Shown: positions 37,897 to 47,966 of the stretch, piece by piece
Position numbering within the stretch: the first letter of the stretch is position 1
How the letters are laid out: every line of letters begins with the position of its first letter
NCBI GenBank assembly: GCA_022572725.1
Contig: JACZVJ010000001.1
Location: 907 to 64,906 of the forward strand
Length of the DNA: 64,000 bases
Source of the DNA: Nitrospinota bacterium
GTDB lineage: Bacteria; Nitrospirota; Nitrospiria; Nitrospirales; UBA8639
Reading direction: 5' to 3'
Notes under the pieces: model-generated
Seen by the model: the letters and a program-made list of their open reading frames with translations, nothing else
What the model was told of the DNA's origin: nothing
The model's database searches: none
Translations under genes and position numbers: made by a program

Positions 37897-38275
37897 CACA
37901 TTGCCGCTTCTTCCAGATGAAGGACCCGGTCAGTTTGATTCTCGGTATCGCATAGTTCTCGTTGCAGTCCAACGAGCGAAACAGCTGATGCAAGGGGCCA
38001 AACGGTCCCAACCCAGTAAGTATTCAAAGGACACGTCGATCGCACTCGAAGAAGCCCTGCAGGGAAGAATCGACTTTTTGGTTGGAGAGGAGGCCCGTCA
38101 GGCTATCAGGGAAGGAAAGCGAATGGTTGCACGGGAATTTGATCAGTCACTTTTGGCCGAAACCGATGAAGATGCCCGTGAGATCAAAAAACAATTAAGC
38201 GTCTATGTTGATGATTCGCCAAAGGAAGAGGTAAAGGAAGAAGTGAAGGAAGAGGTGAAGGAAACTGAAGGGTAG
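37889..38275 (+). CDS. rpoZ: DNA-directed RNA polymerase omega subunit with extended acidic C-terminus
   Basis: 128 aa from ATG 37889, overlapping the gmk stop. Omega core is SRYRIVLVAVQRAKQLMQG. Position is the conserved gmk-rpoZ order. The longest ORF start at 37571 lies inside gmk. Confidence 0.8.
   Translation: MIDTLPLLPDEGPGQFDSRYRIVLVAVQRAKQLMQGAKRSQPSKYSKDTSIALEEALQGRIDFLVGEEARQAIREGKRMVAREFDQSLLAETDEDAREIKKQLSVYVDDSPKEEVKEEVKEEVKETEG
38222..38263 (+). repeat. In-frame 12-nt tandem repeat (about 3.5 units, AAGGAAGARGTR) encoding KEEV repeats at the rpoZ 3-prime end
   Basis: Direct reading gives aaggaagaggta aaggaagaagtg aaggaagaggtg aaggaa. Confidence 0.85.
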
Positions 38276-38288
38276 AGATCCGAGGGCG

Positions 38289-39542
38289 ATGATGCCAGAG
38301 GGAAAGTTTCATGGGAAGCGCATAGTCCTGGGCGTTACGGGGAGTATCGCCGCCTATAAGGCCGTGTCCCTTGTACGGACATTGGTCCGGGAGGGGGGTG
38401 ATGTGTCGGTGGTGATGACGGATTCAGCCACTCGGTTCGTCGCTCCTTTAACCTTTGAGGTGCTCTCTCAGCACCCCGTCGCTCGAGACCTCTTTTCCAA
38501 CCATGAAGTGATGCCGCACCTCACGCTGTCCGAGTCAGCCGATCTTTTCCTCATCGCGCCGGCTACCGCGAACACGTTGACCAAATGCGCGCTGGGGTTG
38601 GCCGATGACCTCCTGAGCACCATGGTCCTGACGGCTCGGTGCCCGCTCATTGTGGCACCGGCAATGGATGGGGGCATGTGGGACCACCCTACAGTCGTTG
38701 AACACACCCGAGTCCTTCGAAACCGGGGAGTCATTGTTCTTGATCCGGAAGAAGGGCCACTGGCCTCCGGGCACCATGGGGTAGGAAGATTCCCAGAGGA
38801 AGAGAAGATCCTCGGGGCCATGATCTCTGTTCTTCTACGGCGGTGTGATTGGGCAGGCCACCGGGTGTTAGTGTCGGCCGGCCCGACGCGAGAGCCCATT
38901 GATGCGGTGCGGTTCATTTCCAACCCGTCGTCGGGGAAGATGGGCTATGCCCTGGCCCGGGCTGCTGCCGACAGGGGAGCCGAGGTAGTCTTGGTGAGTG
39001 GGCCAACGGGGTTGCCGAAGCCGGCGGGTGTCGATTTCGTGTCAGTGGTCACCGCTGAGGACATGCACCAAGCCCTGGCTGCCAAGTTTTCATGGGCGAC
39101 TATGCTGGTCATGGCTGCAGCCGTTGGAGATTTTCGACCACGGTATCCCAGTCGGGATAAGATCAAAAAGAAGACATGGACCGGAGAGCCGGTGGAAGTA
39201 GAGGAAACGATTGATATCCTCAAAGCCCTCTCCCCCCAACGGACCCATCAACTCATGGTTGGGTTTGCGGCAGAGACGAGCAACCTGGTTGAGAATGGAA
39301 AGGAAAAGTTGGAACAAAAGGATTTGGATTTAGTCGTCATCAATTCAGTGGCCGGCCCTCAGTCCGCCTTTGGCGATGACACGAACGAAGTCATCCTTCT
39401 CACCCGAAACGGGGAAATCACTTGCCTTGACCGTATGCCCAAGCGTGCGTTGGCCGACCGGATCTTGGATAAGGTCCAAACGCTTACGGCTCGAGTCCGT
39501 CAGGATATCGGACGACCTTCCGTACAAGCTCGCTCGGTCTGA
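38289..39542 (+). CDS. coaBC: Bifunctional phosphopantothenoylcysteine decarboxylase / phosphopantothenate-cysteine ligase
   Basis: 417 aa with an N-terminal flavoprotein domain (RIVLGVTGSIAAYKA, PAMDGGMW) and a C-terminal CoaB domain (RFISNPSSGKMG, AAAVGDFRP). Confidence 0.9.
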   Translation: MMPEGKFHGKRIVLGVTGSIAAYKAVSLVRTLVREGGDVSVVMTDSATRFVAPLTFEVLSQHPVARDLFSNHEVMPHLTLSESADLFLIAPATANTLTKCALGLADDLLSTMVLTARCPLIVAPAMDGGMWDHPTVVEHTRVLRNRGVIVLDPEEGPLASGHHGVGRFPEEEKILGAMISVLLRRCDWAGHRVLVSAGPTREPIDAVRFISNPSSGKMGYALARAAADRGAEVVLVSGPTGLPKPAGVDFVSVVTAEDMHQALAAKFSWATMLVMAAAVGDFRPRYPSRDKIKKKTWTGEPVEVEETIDILKALSPQRTHQLMVGFAAETSNLVENGKEKLEQKDLDLVVINSVAGPQSAFGDDTNEVILLTRNGEITCLDRMPKRALADRILDKVQTLTARVRQDIGRPSVQARSV

Positions 39543-39743
39543 TGGGGCTTGGCGGTGGAGAATGGTTCTTTACTCCGAGCGGAAGCGTAACCCCAGATAA
39601 TATGCCTGGAACCCCCTCCGACTAGATTTTCGAGAAAGTGTACACGTTTAATTGGGATCTCCCAGAAAGGGTGGGGGTCAAAGTCTGGCGTATTGGAGGC
39701 TCACAGGCTCCTGTTGGAGGGCTTAGCGCCTTCACCACCCCCA

Positions 39744-39760
39744 TTCGAATCCCACCCTCT
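39744..39760 (+). repeat. 17-nt inverted copy of the tRNA-Ser 3-prime end (TTCGAATCCCACCCTCT)
   Basis: Perfect reverse complement of 39825-39841 inside the adjacent tRNA-Ser gene. Confidence 0.85.
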
Positions 39761-39818
39761 TATTGGGCAATTGGGGGAGTCCTAGGCTCCACTCGGAGTT
39801 GCACTCCTGTTGGCGTTG

Positions 39819-39906
<88 letters not shown>

Positions 39907-39923
39907 GATTGGTTTCCAGCCTT

Positions 39924-40493
39924 TTATTGGGCCAGGGTCGATTCTTGTAGGCGAAGTTCTTGAAAAAACGACTGGAGGATGGCACCGCAGGCCTCTTCAA
40001 GAACTCCACTGAGGACGGTGACTTGGTGATTCAGTCGTGGTTCTTCGTGGACCTGAAACATCGAGCCACAGGCCCCGCCTTTGGGGTCCATGGCACCAAA
40101 GACCAACCGTGGGATTCTGGCCTGGATGATCGCTCCCACGCACATCAGGCACGGTTCTAGGGTGACATAGAGGATGGTTTCGCTGAGTCGCCAGGTGCCA
40201 AGCTGGGACGCTCCCTGCTCAATGACGGAGATTTCCGCGTGAGCCGTGGGATTTTGCCGCTCTTCTCGATTATTGTGCCCCACCGCAAGGACATGTTCCT
40301 CACGCACCAGCACCGCCCCGACGGGTACTTCCCCTCGTGATGCCGCAACCCTGGCCTGTTCCAAGGCCAGTTCCATAAATTCTTCGTCTCTGGCATTCGA
40401 GGAGGGTTTCAAATCTTTACTTGTTATCAAATCTGGGGCCTCAACAAGTTTTGAAGCCACCAATACGTGGGGTTTGGAAAAAGGGAAGGGCAT
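39924..40493 (-). CDS. tadA: tRNA-specific adenosine deaminase
   Basis: Zinc motifs HAE (TAHAEISVI) and PCLMC (TLEPCLMCVGAI), plus VPVGAVLV. The start could instead be the internal ATG at 40376. Confidence 0.9.
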   Translation of the reverse strand: MPFPFSKPHVLVASKLVEAPDLITSKDLKPSSNARDEEFMELALEQARVAASRGEVPVGAVLVREEHVLAVGHNNREERQNPTAHAEISVIEQGASQLGTWRLSETILYVTLEPCLMCVGAIIQARIPRLVFGAMDPKGGACGSMFQVHEEPRLNHQVTVLSGVLEEACGAILQSFFQELRLQESTLAQ

Positions 40494-40656
40494 GGTACCA
40501 TAGCCTCCGTGGCATGTATAGAAGACAACACATGTCCCTCGCGTAATTTCTCCGGTTACCTTTTCCCGAATTTTTCTTGCCTCTATTTTTCCTGGCGAGA
40601 TGCCGTTTACTGTGAGAGTCGGGGTGACTTTTAATTCCCGTTTGATTCACGTTTAT

Positions 40657-41487
40657 CTAGGGTGAAGACTTGGGTGTTGAGTCGGCTTTTCCTGAATGAT
40701 GCCCCTTTGCACCCCGTGGGGGGTTAAGTTGTTGCTTGAGAATCAAAAGTTGTTCCTGGTCTTCTTTCAACTCGGGGAGTCGGTAACGGAGATCAATCTG
40801 AATGGTTCGCTCTAAGCATCGGGCGGCGGATATGGGGTCGCCCGTTCTTTGGTACAGTTTGGCCAAGAGTCGAAGGGCGGCTGATTCTCCTGGTTGGCTC
40901 CCTAGCTTAATGAAATGTTCGCTTGCATTGTTGAGGCACTTTTCTGCTTGCCGGAACTCCCCAGCCAAAAAGAAGGTTTTCCCAAGCTGGCTATAGGTAT
41001 TCGCCAGGCCTTGTTCGTCACCGACCGCTCGATGGAGGTCAAGGGCTTGTTTGAAATGGTGAATGCCTGCCTCAAGCTGGTTGGTTGAAGCTTCTTGGAG
41101 AGCCAGGTTACTGTAGACAATCCCCAAGGCGCGTTGGTTGTTGAGTGGTTCCAAAAGGTCGATGGCTTCCAAGTAGTAGGCCCGGGCTTTTTCAAATTCC
41201 CCGGCATCCGATTTGACGTTTCCCAAATTGACGAGGGTTTCCCCGATCGTATTGGGATCCTGGTGAATCCTCTGGATATCGAGCACTTCTCGATAGCACC
41301 CTTCGGCTTCGGCGTGCTCACCTGAAAGGGCACACACGTTCCCTAAATTCCCAAGCGTGGAGGCAAGGGTTTCTTGGGTGTCTGTTGCTCGGGCTTCCTG
41401 GACAGCCTGAGCAAACCAAAACCGGGCTTGAGGGAGATTGCCACGGTGTAGATAAATCTGTCCTTGATGCGCGGCTTTACTGGGCAT
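40657..41487 (-). CDS. Tetratricopeptide-repeat protein
   Basis: 276 aa made of repeated 34-residue TPR-like units (LGNVCALSGEHAEAEGCYREVL, LVNLGNVKSDAGEFEKARAYYLEAI, and others). Confidence 0.8.
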   Translation of the reverse strand: MPSKAAHQGQIYLHRGNLPQARFWFAQAVQEARATDTQETLASTLGNLGNVCALSGEHAEAEGCYREVLDIQRIHQDPNTIGETLVNLGNVKSDAGEFEKARAYYLEAIDLLEPLNNQRALGIVYSNLALQEASTNQLEAGIHHFKQALDLHRAVGDEQGLANTYSQLGKTFFLAGEFRQAEKCLNNASEHFIKLGSQPGESAALRLLAKLYQRTGDPISAARCLERTIQIDLRYRLPELKEDQEQLLILKQQLNPPRGAKGHHSGKADSTPKSSP

Positions 41488-41619
41488 GATGGTTTCGCTT
41501 ATAGGGCAATGAAGGGCAGCTTGCCTGTTTTTGGTCTTTGTGGTGCCACCAAAGGAATCGTAGAGTGAGAGGAAGTGAGCAAGAATTGTGGGCGAGGCCG
41601 GTACTTGAGGGGTTCGACT

Positions 41620-41772
41620 TTAACGTCGAAATGAATCCTTGTCTTTGACGATCTCTTCCAGGAGTCGATCGGCAAGTTTGGCGGCTTGACGGTTACGCCA
41701 CCAGCGTTGTCCCATGAGGTACAAGGGAATGACGATAGCGCAAAGTATGAGAGCCCCCGTCCAGTCATTCAT
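41620..41772 (-). CDS. Possible 50-aa single-TM protein upstream of the TPR gene
   Basis: Hand translation gives MNDWTGALILCAIVIPLYLMGQRWWRNRQAAKLADRLLEEIVKDKDSFRR. It has one hydrophobic helix then a charged tail. No clear SD, and it is below the ORF-track size cut-off. Confidence 0.3.
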   Translation of the reverse strand: MNDWTGALILCAIVIPLYLMGQRWWRNRQAAKLADRLLEEIVKDKDSFRR

Positions 41773-41862
41773 GCTGATAGTCTAGTCTATCTGCCCGGTA
41801 GCGGCAAGAATCAGGTGAGATCCATGGGTGCCTGTTCATAGGCGGGAAGCGGTGCTCATGGG

Positions 41863-42891
41863 TTGGTTGCTAGTCCTACATCAATGGAATTCTGGATTTT
41901 ACTTCTCTCGTTAGTCGTTATTTTATTGGGGGCGCAAGCCTTCACCAATGCGCTCGAGCATTTGGGAGAGCGACTAGGGATTTCCGAGGGGGTCACCGGG
42001 TCCATCTTTGCGGCCGTCGGGACGGCCTTGCCGGAAACCATGGTTCCCATTGTGGCTGTGTTGGGGAGTTCGGGAGCCTTGGAAGTCCGCCATGATGTGG
42101 GTGTGGGCGCCATTTTAGGCGCCCCTCTTATGTTGTCTACCCTGTCTCTTTTTCTCATGGGAGCCTTTGCGGCTCAGGTCAGAGGGTGGGCTGGTCCGTT
42201 TTCCCCAGAGCCGACAGGGCTCAATCGGGACTTAAACTGGTTTTTGTTGGCCTTTGGGATCGGGATAGCTGCCGTCTTTATTCCCTTTGAGTGGAAGGTT
42301 GCCAGGGTATCCGTAGCCTTGGTGTTAACCATGATCTATGTCCTTTATCTGTTCATCACTATTCAGGCTTCGCGCGCGCTCGTAAAACAAGGACATGGAA
42401 CCGAGGCCGATCAACCCCTTTACCTGAGCCGGATTGGCCTTCCGAAAAACTCCGGGACGATTCTCGTCCAACTCGTGATCGGGCTTGGGCTCATTATTGT
42501 GGGGGCCAAAGGCTTTGTCTTTGGTGTTGAGCATCTGGCCTCTTGGCTAGGGATTTCGGCTCTTGCCTTATCACTCCTGATTGTCCCGGTGGCGACGGAG
42601 TTGCCAGAAAAGGTGAATAGTATTATTTGGGTTCGTCGAGGCCGGGATACCTTGGCTTTTGGCAATATTACGGGAGCCATGGTGTTTCAGGGTAGCCTTC
42701 TGCCAGCCCTAGGGATTCTGTTGACTCCGTGGGCTCCGCGGAAGGAAGTCCTCTTGGGTATGGGGGTGACGGTGTTGGCTACCACCTATCTTCTCCTCCT
42801 CGTGCGACGGGGATCCTTAAAGCCCTATCACTTGGTTTGGAATGGCTTGTGCTATGCCGTGTTTGTCCTGATGGTGGTGATAATCGATTGA
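41863..42891 (+). CDS. Na+/Ca2+ exchanger (CaCA family, YrbG-like) membrane protein
   Basis: 342 aa, multi-TM, with two alpha-repeat motifs (GVTGSIFAAVGTALPE and PVATELPEKVNSIIW). Confidence 0.8.
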   Translation: MVASPTSMEFWILLLSLVVILLGAQAFTNALEHLGERLGISEGVTGSIFAAVGTALPETMVPIVAVLGSSGALEVRHDVGVGAILGAPLMLSTLSLFLMGAFAAQVRGWAGPFSPEPTGLNRDLNWFLLAFGIGIAAVFIPFEWKVARVSVALVLTMIYVLYLFITIQASRALVKQGHGTEADQPLYLSRIGLPKNSGTILVQLVIGLGLIIVGAKGFVFGVEHLASWLGISALALSLLIVPVATELPEKVNSIIWVRRGRDTLAFGNITGAMVFQGSLLPALGILLTPWAPRKEVLLGMGVTVLATTYLLLLVRRGSLKPYHLVWNGLCYAVFVLMVVIID

Positions 42892-42930
42892 CTGGGAAGA
42901 GTGTAACCTTCAACCAGGCTTCCGAGTGAA

Positions 42931-43920
42931 ATGATGGCCAAGCCAAAGGTCTTGATGACCAGAAAAATCCCTGTTGAAGGCTTTGAGATCGTTCGGGGTT
43001 GCTCGGACCTGGAGGTGTGGGAGGGTGACGGGTCTGTCCCTCGAAGGATTATTATTGAAAAAATTCCCGATAAGGAAGGCCTTTTTTGCCTCCTAACGGA
43101 TGAAATCGATGCGGAATTGCTGGATCGCGCCCCGCGGCTTCGTGTGATTAGCACGATGGCGGTGGGGTGTGACCATATTGATGTGCAGGAGTGCACCCGA
43201 CGCGGGATCCCTGTGGGGCATACCCCGGATGTGCTCACGGAGAGTACGGCGGATTTTGCCTTCGCACTTCTGATGACCGCTGCCCGTCGGGTGGTGGAAG
43301 CCGTGGACTACGTGAAAGCGGGTCGGTGGGAGACGTGGAGCCCGACCTTGTTCCTGGGTCGGGACATTCATCGGGCGACCATAGGCATTGTGGGGTTTGG
43401 CCGGATTGGGAGAGCCATGGCCAGACGGGCGACGGGGTTTGGCATGCGGGTGTTGGTTTTCCATCATGAACCTATCAAGAGTGATGCCGAGTTTGGGGTG
43501 CGAGTGCAGCCAGGGGATTTGGATTTTGTTCTCAAGGATTCGGATTTTCTTACTCTGCATGTTCCTCTTACACCGGAGACCTACCACTTGATTGGGGAAA
43601 AGGAGCTCCAGCGTATGAAAAAGACCGCTGTGTTGATCAACACCGCCCGAGGGTCAGTGGTGGATTCCAAGGCGCTATACCAGGCTTTACGGGATGGGGG
43701 AATTGCGTATGCCGCGTTGGATGTCATGGAACCTGAGCCTATTCATATGGACGAGCCACTTCTCTCCCTCCCCAATTGCCTCATCGCTCCACACATTGCC
43801 AGCGCCTCCGTGGCCACGCGTGCCCAAATGGCGGTGATGGCAGCCGAAAACCTGAAGGCTGGGCTCCAAGGTGAACGACTCCCTCATTGCGCCAACCCTG
43901 AGGTCTATAGGACCAGATAA
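42931..43920 (+). CDS. D-isomer-specific 2-hydroxyacid dehydrogenase (glyoxylate/hydroxypyruvate reductase-like)
   Basis: 329 aa with the NAD fold IGIVGFGRIGRAMARRA and catalytic region NTARGSVVD ... APHIASAS. Confidence 0.9.
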   Translation: MMAKPKVLMTRKIPVEGFEIVRGCSDLEVWEGDGSVPRRIIIEKIPDKEGLFCLLTDEIDAELLDRAPRLRVISTMAVGCDHIDVQECTRRGIPVGHTPDVLTESTADFAFALLMTAARRVVEAVDYVKAGRWETWSPTLFLGRDIHRATIGIVGFGRIGRAMARRATGFGMRVLVFHHEPIKSDAEFGVRVQPGDLDFVLKDSDFLTLHVPLTPETYHLIGEKELQRMKKTAVLINTARGSVVDSKALYQALRDGGIAYAALDVMEPEPIHMDEPLLSLPNCLIAPHIASASVATRAQMAVMAAENLKAGLQGERLPHCANPEVYRTR

Positions 43921-43945
43921 AGGCCATTATAGGCTTTTCACCAGG

Positions 43946-44114
43946 CTAGGAGGCTGTCCGAGATTAGATTGATCTACTACGGTTGCGCCGGATTTGGTCA
44001 GATTCTCCGATCCTTTTCGTTCAATAGGCCCCACTATTCGCCTCAAACGATCGAAAAATCTGTCTCAAACCGACACAACCTCGTGAAGATCACTAACCTC
44101 GGACAGCCTCCTAG
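43946..44114 (+). repeat. 169-bp imperfect-palindrome MITE-like element, copy C
   Basis: Near-identical to copies A and B with the same terminal inverted repeats. Confidence 0.9.
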
Positions 44115-44188
44115 AGTGGATTCTGCGCCATGAAGCCCTCGGTCGGGGGGAAACCCTTGGCGTTTGCCAGGGCCTTCGGGTTCCTCTA

Positions 44189-45112
44189 TCAATTCTCCCC
44201 AGGGAAGGTATGTGAGTGGCTGGCGAAGGTGAAGCAGGTGACCCTCGTCAGAGCAGGAAAATGGTAGCAAGACCGAACGCCACTGACGACACAGCTTCCA
44301 GTCATGGCAAGAAAGACCGCCATTCCCAAGGCTAAAGCTGATGGATGGCTTGCACCCCTTGCATAAAAATACATAGCAAACCAAGCCGTCAGACCTACCA
44401 GGAGGCCGTTGAGTAAGACCCACCAGGCTTCTTTCGTCACTAAGCCTTTGGTTTTTCCTTCCAATAATTCTCCCAAGGTTAGACCTCGAAGGGTGACCGC
44501 TAGAGCCTGACGGCCTGTGTTTCCGAATTGTCCTGCTAAGACCGGTAAGAACACCGTCAATGCCACGACCTTGCCAATCGTGTGCTCGAATAGCCCAATG
44601 ACAAAGGCTGCGACGAAGGCGGTGATAAGGTTAAGCTGTAACCAGGGTTGACGAAATTTCAGGCTCCGTTTCCAGGAGGTCGCTAATCGTTCTTCATCTT
44701 CGACGCGCCCACCATGCGGCTGGCTTGGGCGGCAATCTGAATGGTGTGCTCTTCGAACAGGGCATACCCTCGGACCAGCCCACCAATTGGCTGGATTCAT
44801 CCCAGACTGGATACACAAGATAGTGGCTTCCCTCAGGGTAGTGTTGGGCCCGTTCCCACTGCTCCCTGCATTGACTCGGTGTTTGTGGAAGGATGGCTTG
44901 CCGCCGGTCTTCTGGAAACCTCTGCAAAATGTTCATGGTAAGGAGGGGTTGATCGTGGCCAATACGTTCGCGATGACGGCATCCGTTTCCTGACTCAGGA
45001 AAAGCATGGCGTCTGAGGGAGCCGGGCATTCCACTTCGGTCAGAAGACATCCGGCTAAGTCGGTCATCTGAAATTTGGGGGTGTCGGCGGAATGGGTGAG
45101 CTTGTCCGACAT
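44189..45112 (-). pseudogene. mgtE: Frameshifted, N-terminally truncated Mg2+ transporter MgtE remnant
   Basis: The TM domain is readable in one frame (RQPWLQLNLITAFVAAFVIGLFEHTIGKVVALTVFLPVLAGQFGNTGRQALAVTLRGL). The CBS-like piece YLVYPVWDESSQLVGW and the GRVEDEE linker lie in other frames. The C-terminal DPA-type segment is also out of frame. The span is too short for an intact MgtE. Confidence 0.65.
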
Positions 45113-45495
45113 AAGCAATCCCTCCTTTGTCCTTATGGATGTGTTATGGAGCCCAAATTTATACAACAAGAGCATGGGAAGTGCGCTGCGATATTTTTTA
45201 AAAGGAGAAACAGGATCGTTTCCGTCCCGCGTGTTTGTTCTCGGGTTTTTTCAGTGAATCAGGGTTTCAGGGGGGATCCCGAAGGAGTGATGTCCATGGT
45301 AAGTCTTCCATTCCCTTTACCGCTCTAGGCCCATTCTTGTGGGTTTCAATTTGGAGAAGTCCGATCCAGTTGATGGAGCTTGAATACTCCACGATGGTGC
45401 TGTGCACGGACATTGTAGTGCTTTTGGATTTTCTATAGGATACGGTAATTTTTCTGGTGGATTCCGTATTGTCTTGAAGGGGCTATGAGGGAGAC

Positions 45496-46116
45496 ATGAC
45501 CGAATCAGTTTTGACGTGCTTGGATATGGAGGGAGTGTTAGTTCCTGAGATTTGGATCGCAGTGGCGGAGGGGATGGGCGTTTCGGAGTTGAAAGTCACG
45601 ACCCGCGATATCCCAGATTATGACGATCTCATGAAGCGCAGGTTAAAGATTCTTGCCGACCGGGGGATCCGACTCACGGACATTCAGCGTGTCGTGGCTG
45701 GCATGGAGCCGCTTGATGGAGCTGCCGAGTTCTTGGCCTGGCTAAGAAAACGGTGTCAGGTCATCATTCTATCGGACACCTATTATGAGTTCATTGGACC
45801 GTTGATGAAGCAGCTTGATTATCCCACCATCTTTTGTCATAGCTTGGAGGTGGATCATTCAGGGTTTGTGAGGAATTATCACTTGCGTCAGCGAGATCAA
45901 AAACGTCATGCGGTGACTTCTTTTAAAAACCTTGAGTTCCGTGTCCTTGCCGTCGGAGATTCCTACAATGATATTTCCATGCTCAAGGAGGCGCATGCAG
46001 GGGTCCTGTTTCGTCCCCCGGATTCTATTTGTGGTGAATTTCCCTTGTTCCCCGTGACGCGTTCCTATGCCGAACTCAAGGAGCAATTGGGCCGTGCGGG
46101 AAATCTTCTCCCTTAG
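45496..46116 (+). CDS. thrH: ThrH-type phosphoserine phosphatase / homoserine phosphotransferase
   Basis: 206 aa, very close by eye to Pseudomonas ThrH (CLDMEGVLVPEIWIAVAE, TTRDIPDYDDLMKRRL, ILSDTYYEF, AVGDSYNDISMLKEAHAGVLF). Confidence 0.85.
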   Translation: MTESVLTCLDMEGVLVPEIWIAVAEGMGVSELKVTTRDIPDYDDLMKRRLKILADRGIRLTDIQRVVAGMEPLDGAAEFLAWLRKRCQVIILSDTYYEFIGPLMKQLDYPTIFCHSLEVDHSGFVRNYHLRQRDQKRHAVTSFKNLEFRVLAVGDSYNDISMLKEAHAGVLFRPPDSICGEFPLFPVTRSYAELKEQLGRAGNLLP

Positions 46117-46405
46117 GGAGGGTTAATCTGAATCGTGTCGGTAATCTCCGCTGATTTTCGGCCTGTCACGAGTACCCGGTTTCTTGCCATATAGGGCTGG
46201 CCCCACTTGCATTGACCCTATCGCTTCCTTCACTTTTAGGTAGGGTGACTCAGATATGGTCTGGGATTCGATATTTGGCCTTAACAGGACTTTGGTCCTC
46301 CATGACCTGTATCGTGGCCGTGAGGGGTTCGGGCTTCGGATGAGGATAATGAAGAGGGGCAATGGTTCATGATTGAGGTGAGGGATTGGGAAAAGGAGAT
46401 ATCGC

Positions 46406-47164
46406 ATGATTCGAATAGTCAATAGTCATAAAGCTCTTTGGCTCCTCTTAGTACTTTTATGTGTCGGTCTCACAAGCTGCTTGGGTTCCCGAGATTGGTC
46501 CTATCCCCCCCAACCATCCGGGACTTACCTTGGGGTGACCGCTCAGCAGTCTGTCCCGGCTCGGCTTGTGGTTCTCCCACTGAAAGATCTTCGCGGAAGA
46601 GAGGTTCAGTCGGAATATTGGAGAGCCGCCATCCCCTTCATACCTTATGGCACGACTGCGTATGAACGCCCTGAAATCGCGGTTGAGCCGGAACCTGTGG
46701 ATGTACTCACCTTTAACCCGACTCAGGACTTTGCTCGAGCCTTGGCGGATGAGGTTCGGGAGTCGGCTGTATTTTCTTCTGTGACCTTTGCAGAAGGGGG
46801 GAATATCCCATCTGCGGACTTTGTTTTACGGGGCAACCTGCATTCAACTCGGTGGGAGCGCAATATCACGACGTATTTGTTAGGACCATTTGGAACGGTA
46901 TTCTGGGTGTTGGGTTTGCCTATGGGAAACACCACAACGACTGTGGGGATGGACTTGGAGTTGACTCCGGCCCGGGACCCGTCCAAGGTTTTATGGAGGT
47001 TTACCATGGAGGCTGAATGGTGGCAATGGGATGGCCCCTATTATGGGTTGGAGAGCGCTGTCCAGAGTTACCCATTGGCTCTCCAGGATGCCCTACGGCC
47101 GGCGGTGACAGATTTGGTGGAAAAGGCAGAAACACGAGCAAAATTCTTGCTACCAGAAGCCTAG
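46406..47164 (+). CDS. Hypothetical lipoprotein
   Basis: 252 aa with a signal peptide and lipobox (LLCVGLTSC). No domain recognised. Confidence 0.6.
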   Translation: MIRIVNSHKALWLLLVLLCVGLTSCLGSRDWSYPPQPSGTYLGVTAQQSVPARLVVLPLKDLRGREVQSEYWRAAIPFIPYGTTAYERPEIAVEPEPVDVLTFNPTQDFARALADEVRESAVFSSVTFAEGGNIPSADFVLRGNLHSTRWERNITTYLLGPFGTVFWVLGLPMGNTTTTVGMDLELTPARDPSKVLWRFTMEAEWWQWDGPYYGLESAVQSYPLALQDALRPAVTDLVEKAETRAKFLLPEA

Positions 47165-47506
47165 GCCCTGAAAAGCTTGGGTAAGACCGATACTAAGGGT
47201 ATGGGAGAACCGGTTCATTCTTAATTTGCCTTTCCAAGGGATCGATTCCCATTTTCATTGCATCTAATTGATCCTAAGTGGCTCGAAGCCATCCCTTTTG
47301 CTGGAGAATCGACATTCCAGTAAGCTTATGAAATCCTTAAGGACAGGGGCCTTCAGGTCCAAAAAGAAACTGCCGATAACTCTAATCAGCTTGCTGGTTC
47401 TGAACGGTAAGACTCTCAAAGCCAGGTCAACAACCAAGGCCTGGGAGATTGATGATGGGATGGTGTTTGGAAAGTTGAGGCTCTTTGGCAGTCGTGGTGT
47501 TTAATC

Positions 47507-47833
47507 GTGGCTGAGGTGGTGGTTTTTGTCACGGTTCCGTCCGAAAAAGAGGGGGTTTTCCTTGGACGAACCTTGGTTGAGCAAAGGTTGGTTGCATGCG
47601 CCACGCTCATACCCAACGTCCGTTCCATTTTTCGGTGGGAGGGGAAAATTTCCGAAGAACAGGAATGTCTTCTCATTTTAAAGTCGAGAACAGAGGTGTA
47701 TGACGCTCTGGAGGCAGCGGTGAAGGCTCATCACAGTTATGACGTGCCTGAAATTGTTGCCCTCCCCATTTTGCAGGGATCGGCTGAATACTTAGCTTGG
47801 ATACGTGAGATGACGAAGGACAAAATAAGGTAA
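47507..47833 (+). CDS. cutA: Divalent-cation tolerance protein CutA
   Basis: 108 aa with LVACATLIPNVRSIFRWEGKI and HSYDVPEIVALPI. Confidence 0.9.
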   Translation: MAEVVVFVTVPSEKEGVFLGRTLVEQRLVACATLIPNVRSIFRWEGKISEEQECLLILKSRTEVYDALEAAVKAHHSYDVPEIVALPILQGSAEYLAWIREMTKDKIR

Positions 47834-47966
47834 CTGCAATTAGGTGATTTGTCACTCGTCATTTAGGAAATAAAGAGTTAGAAAAAACCATTGACCCTAA
47901 AGGAACACCTCCAGTAAAGTATTTAAAGACTTGGGGTGAATCCCAGTACCCACTTGAGAGGGACCT

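Noticed and set aside
41499-41768. 89-aa ORF upstream of the TPR gene
   Set aside because: Its composition is poor. A different frame on the same strand gives a cleaner 50-aa single-TM ORF (41620-41772), which is reported at low confidence instead.
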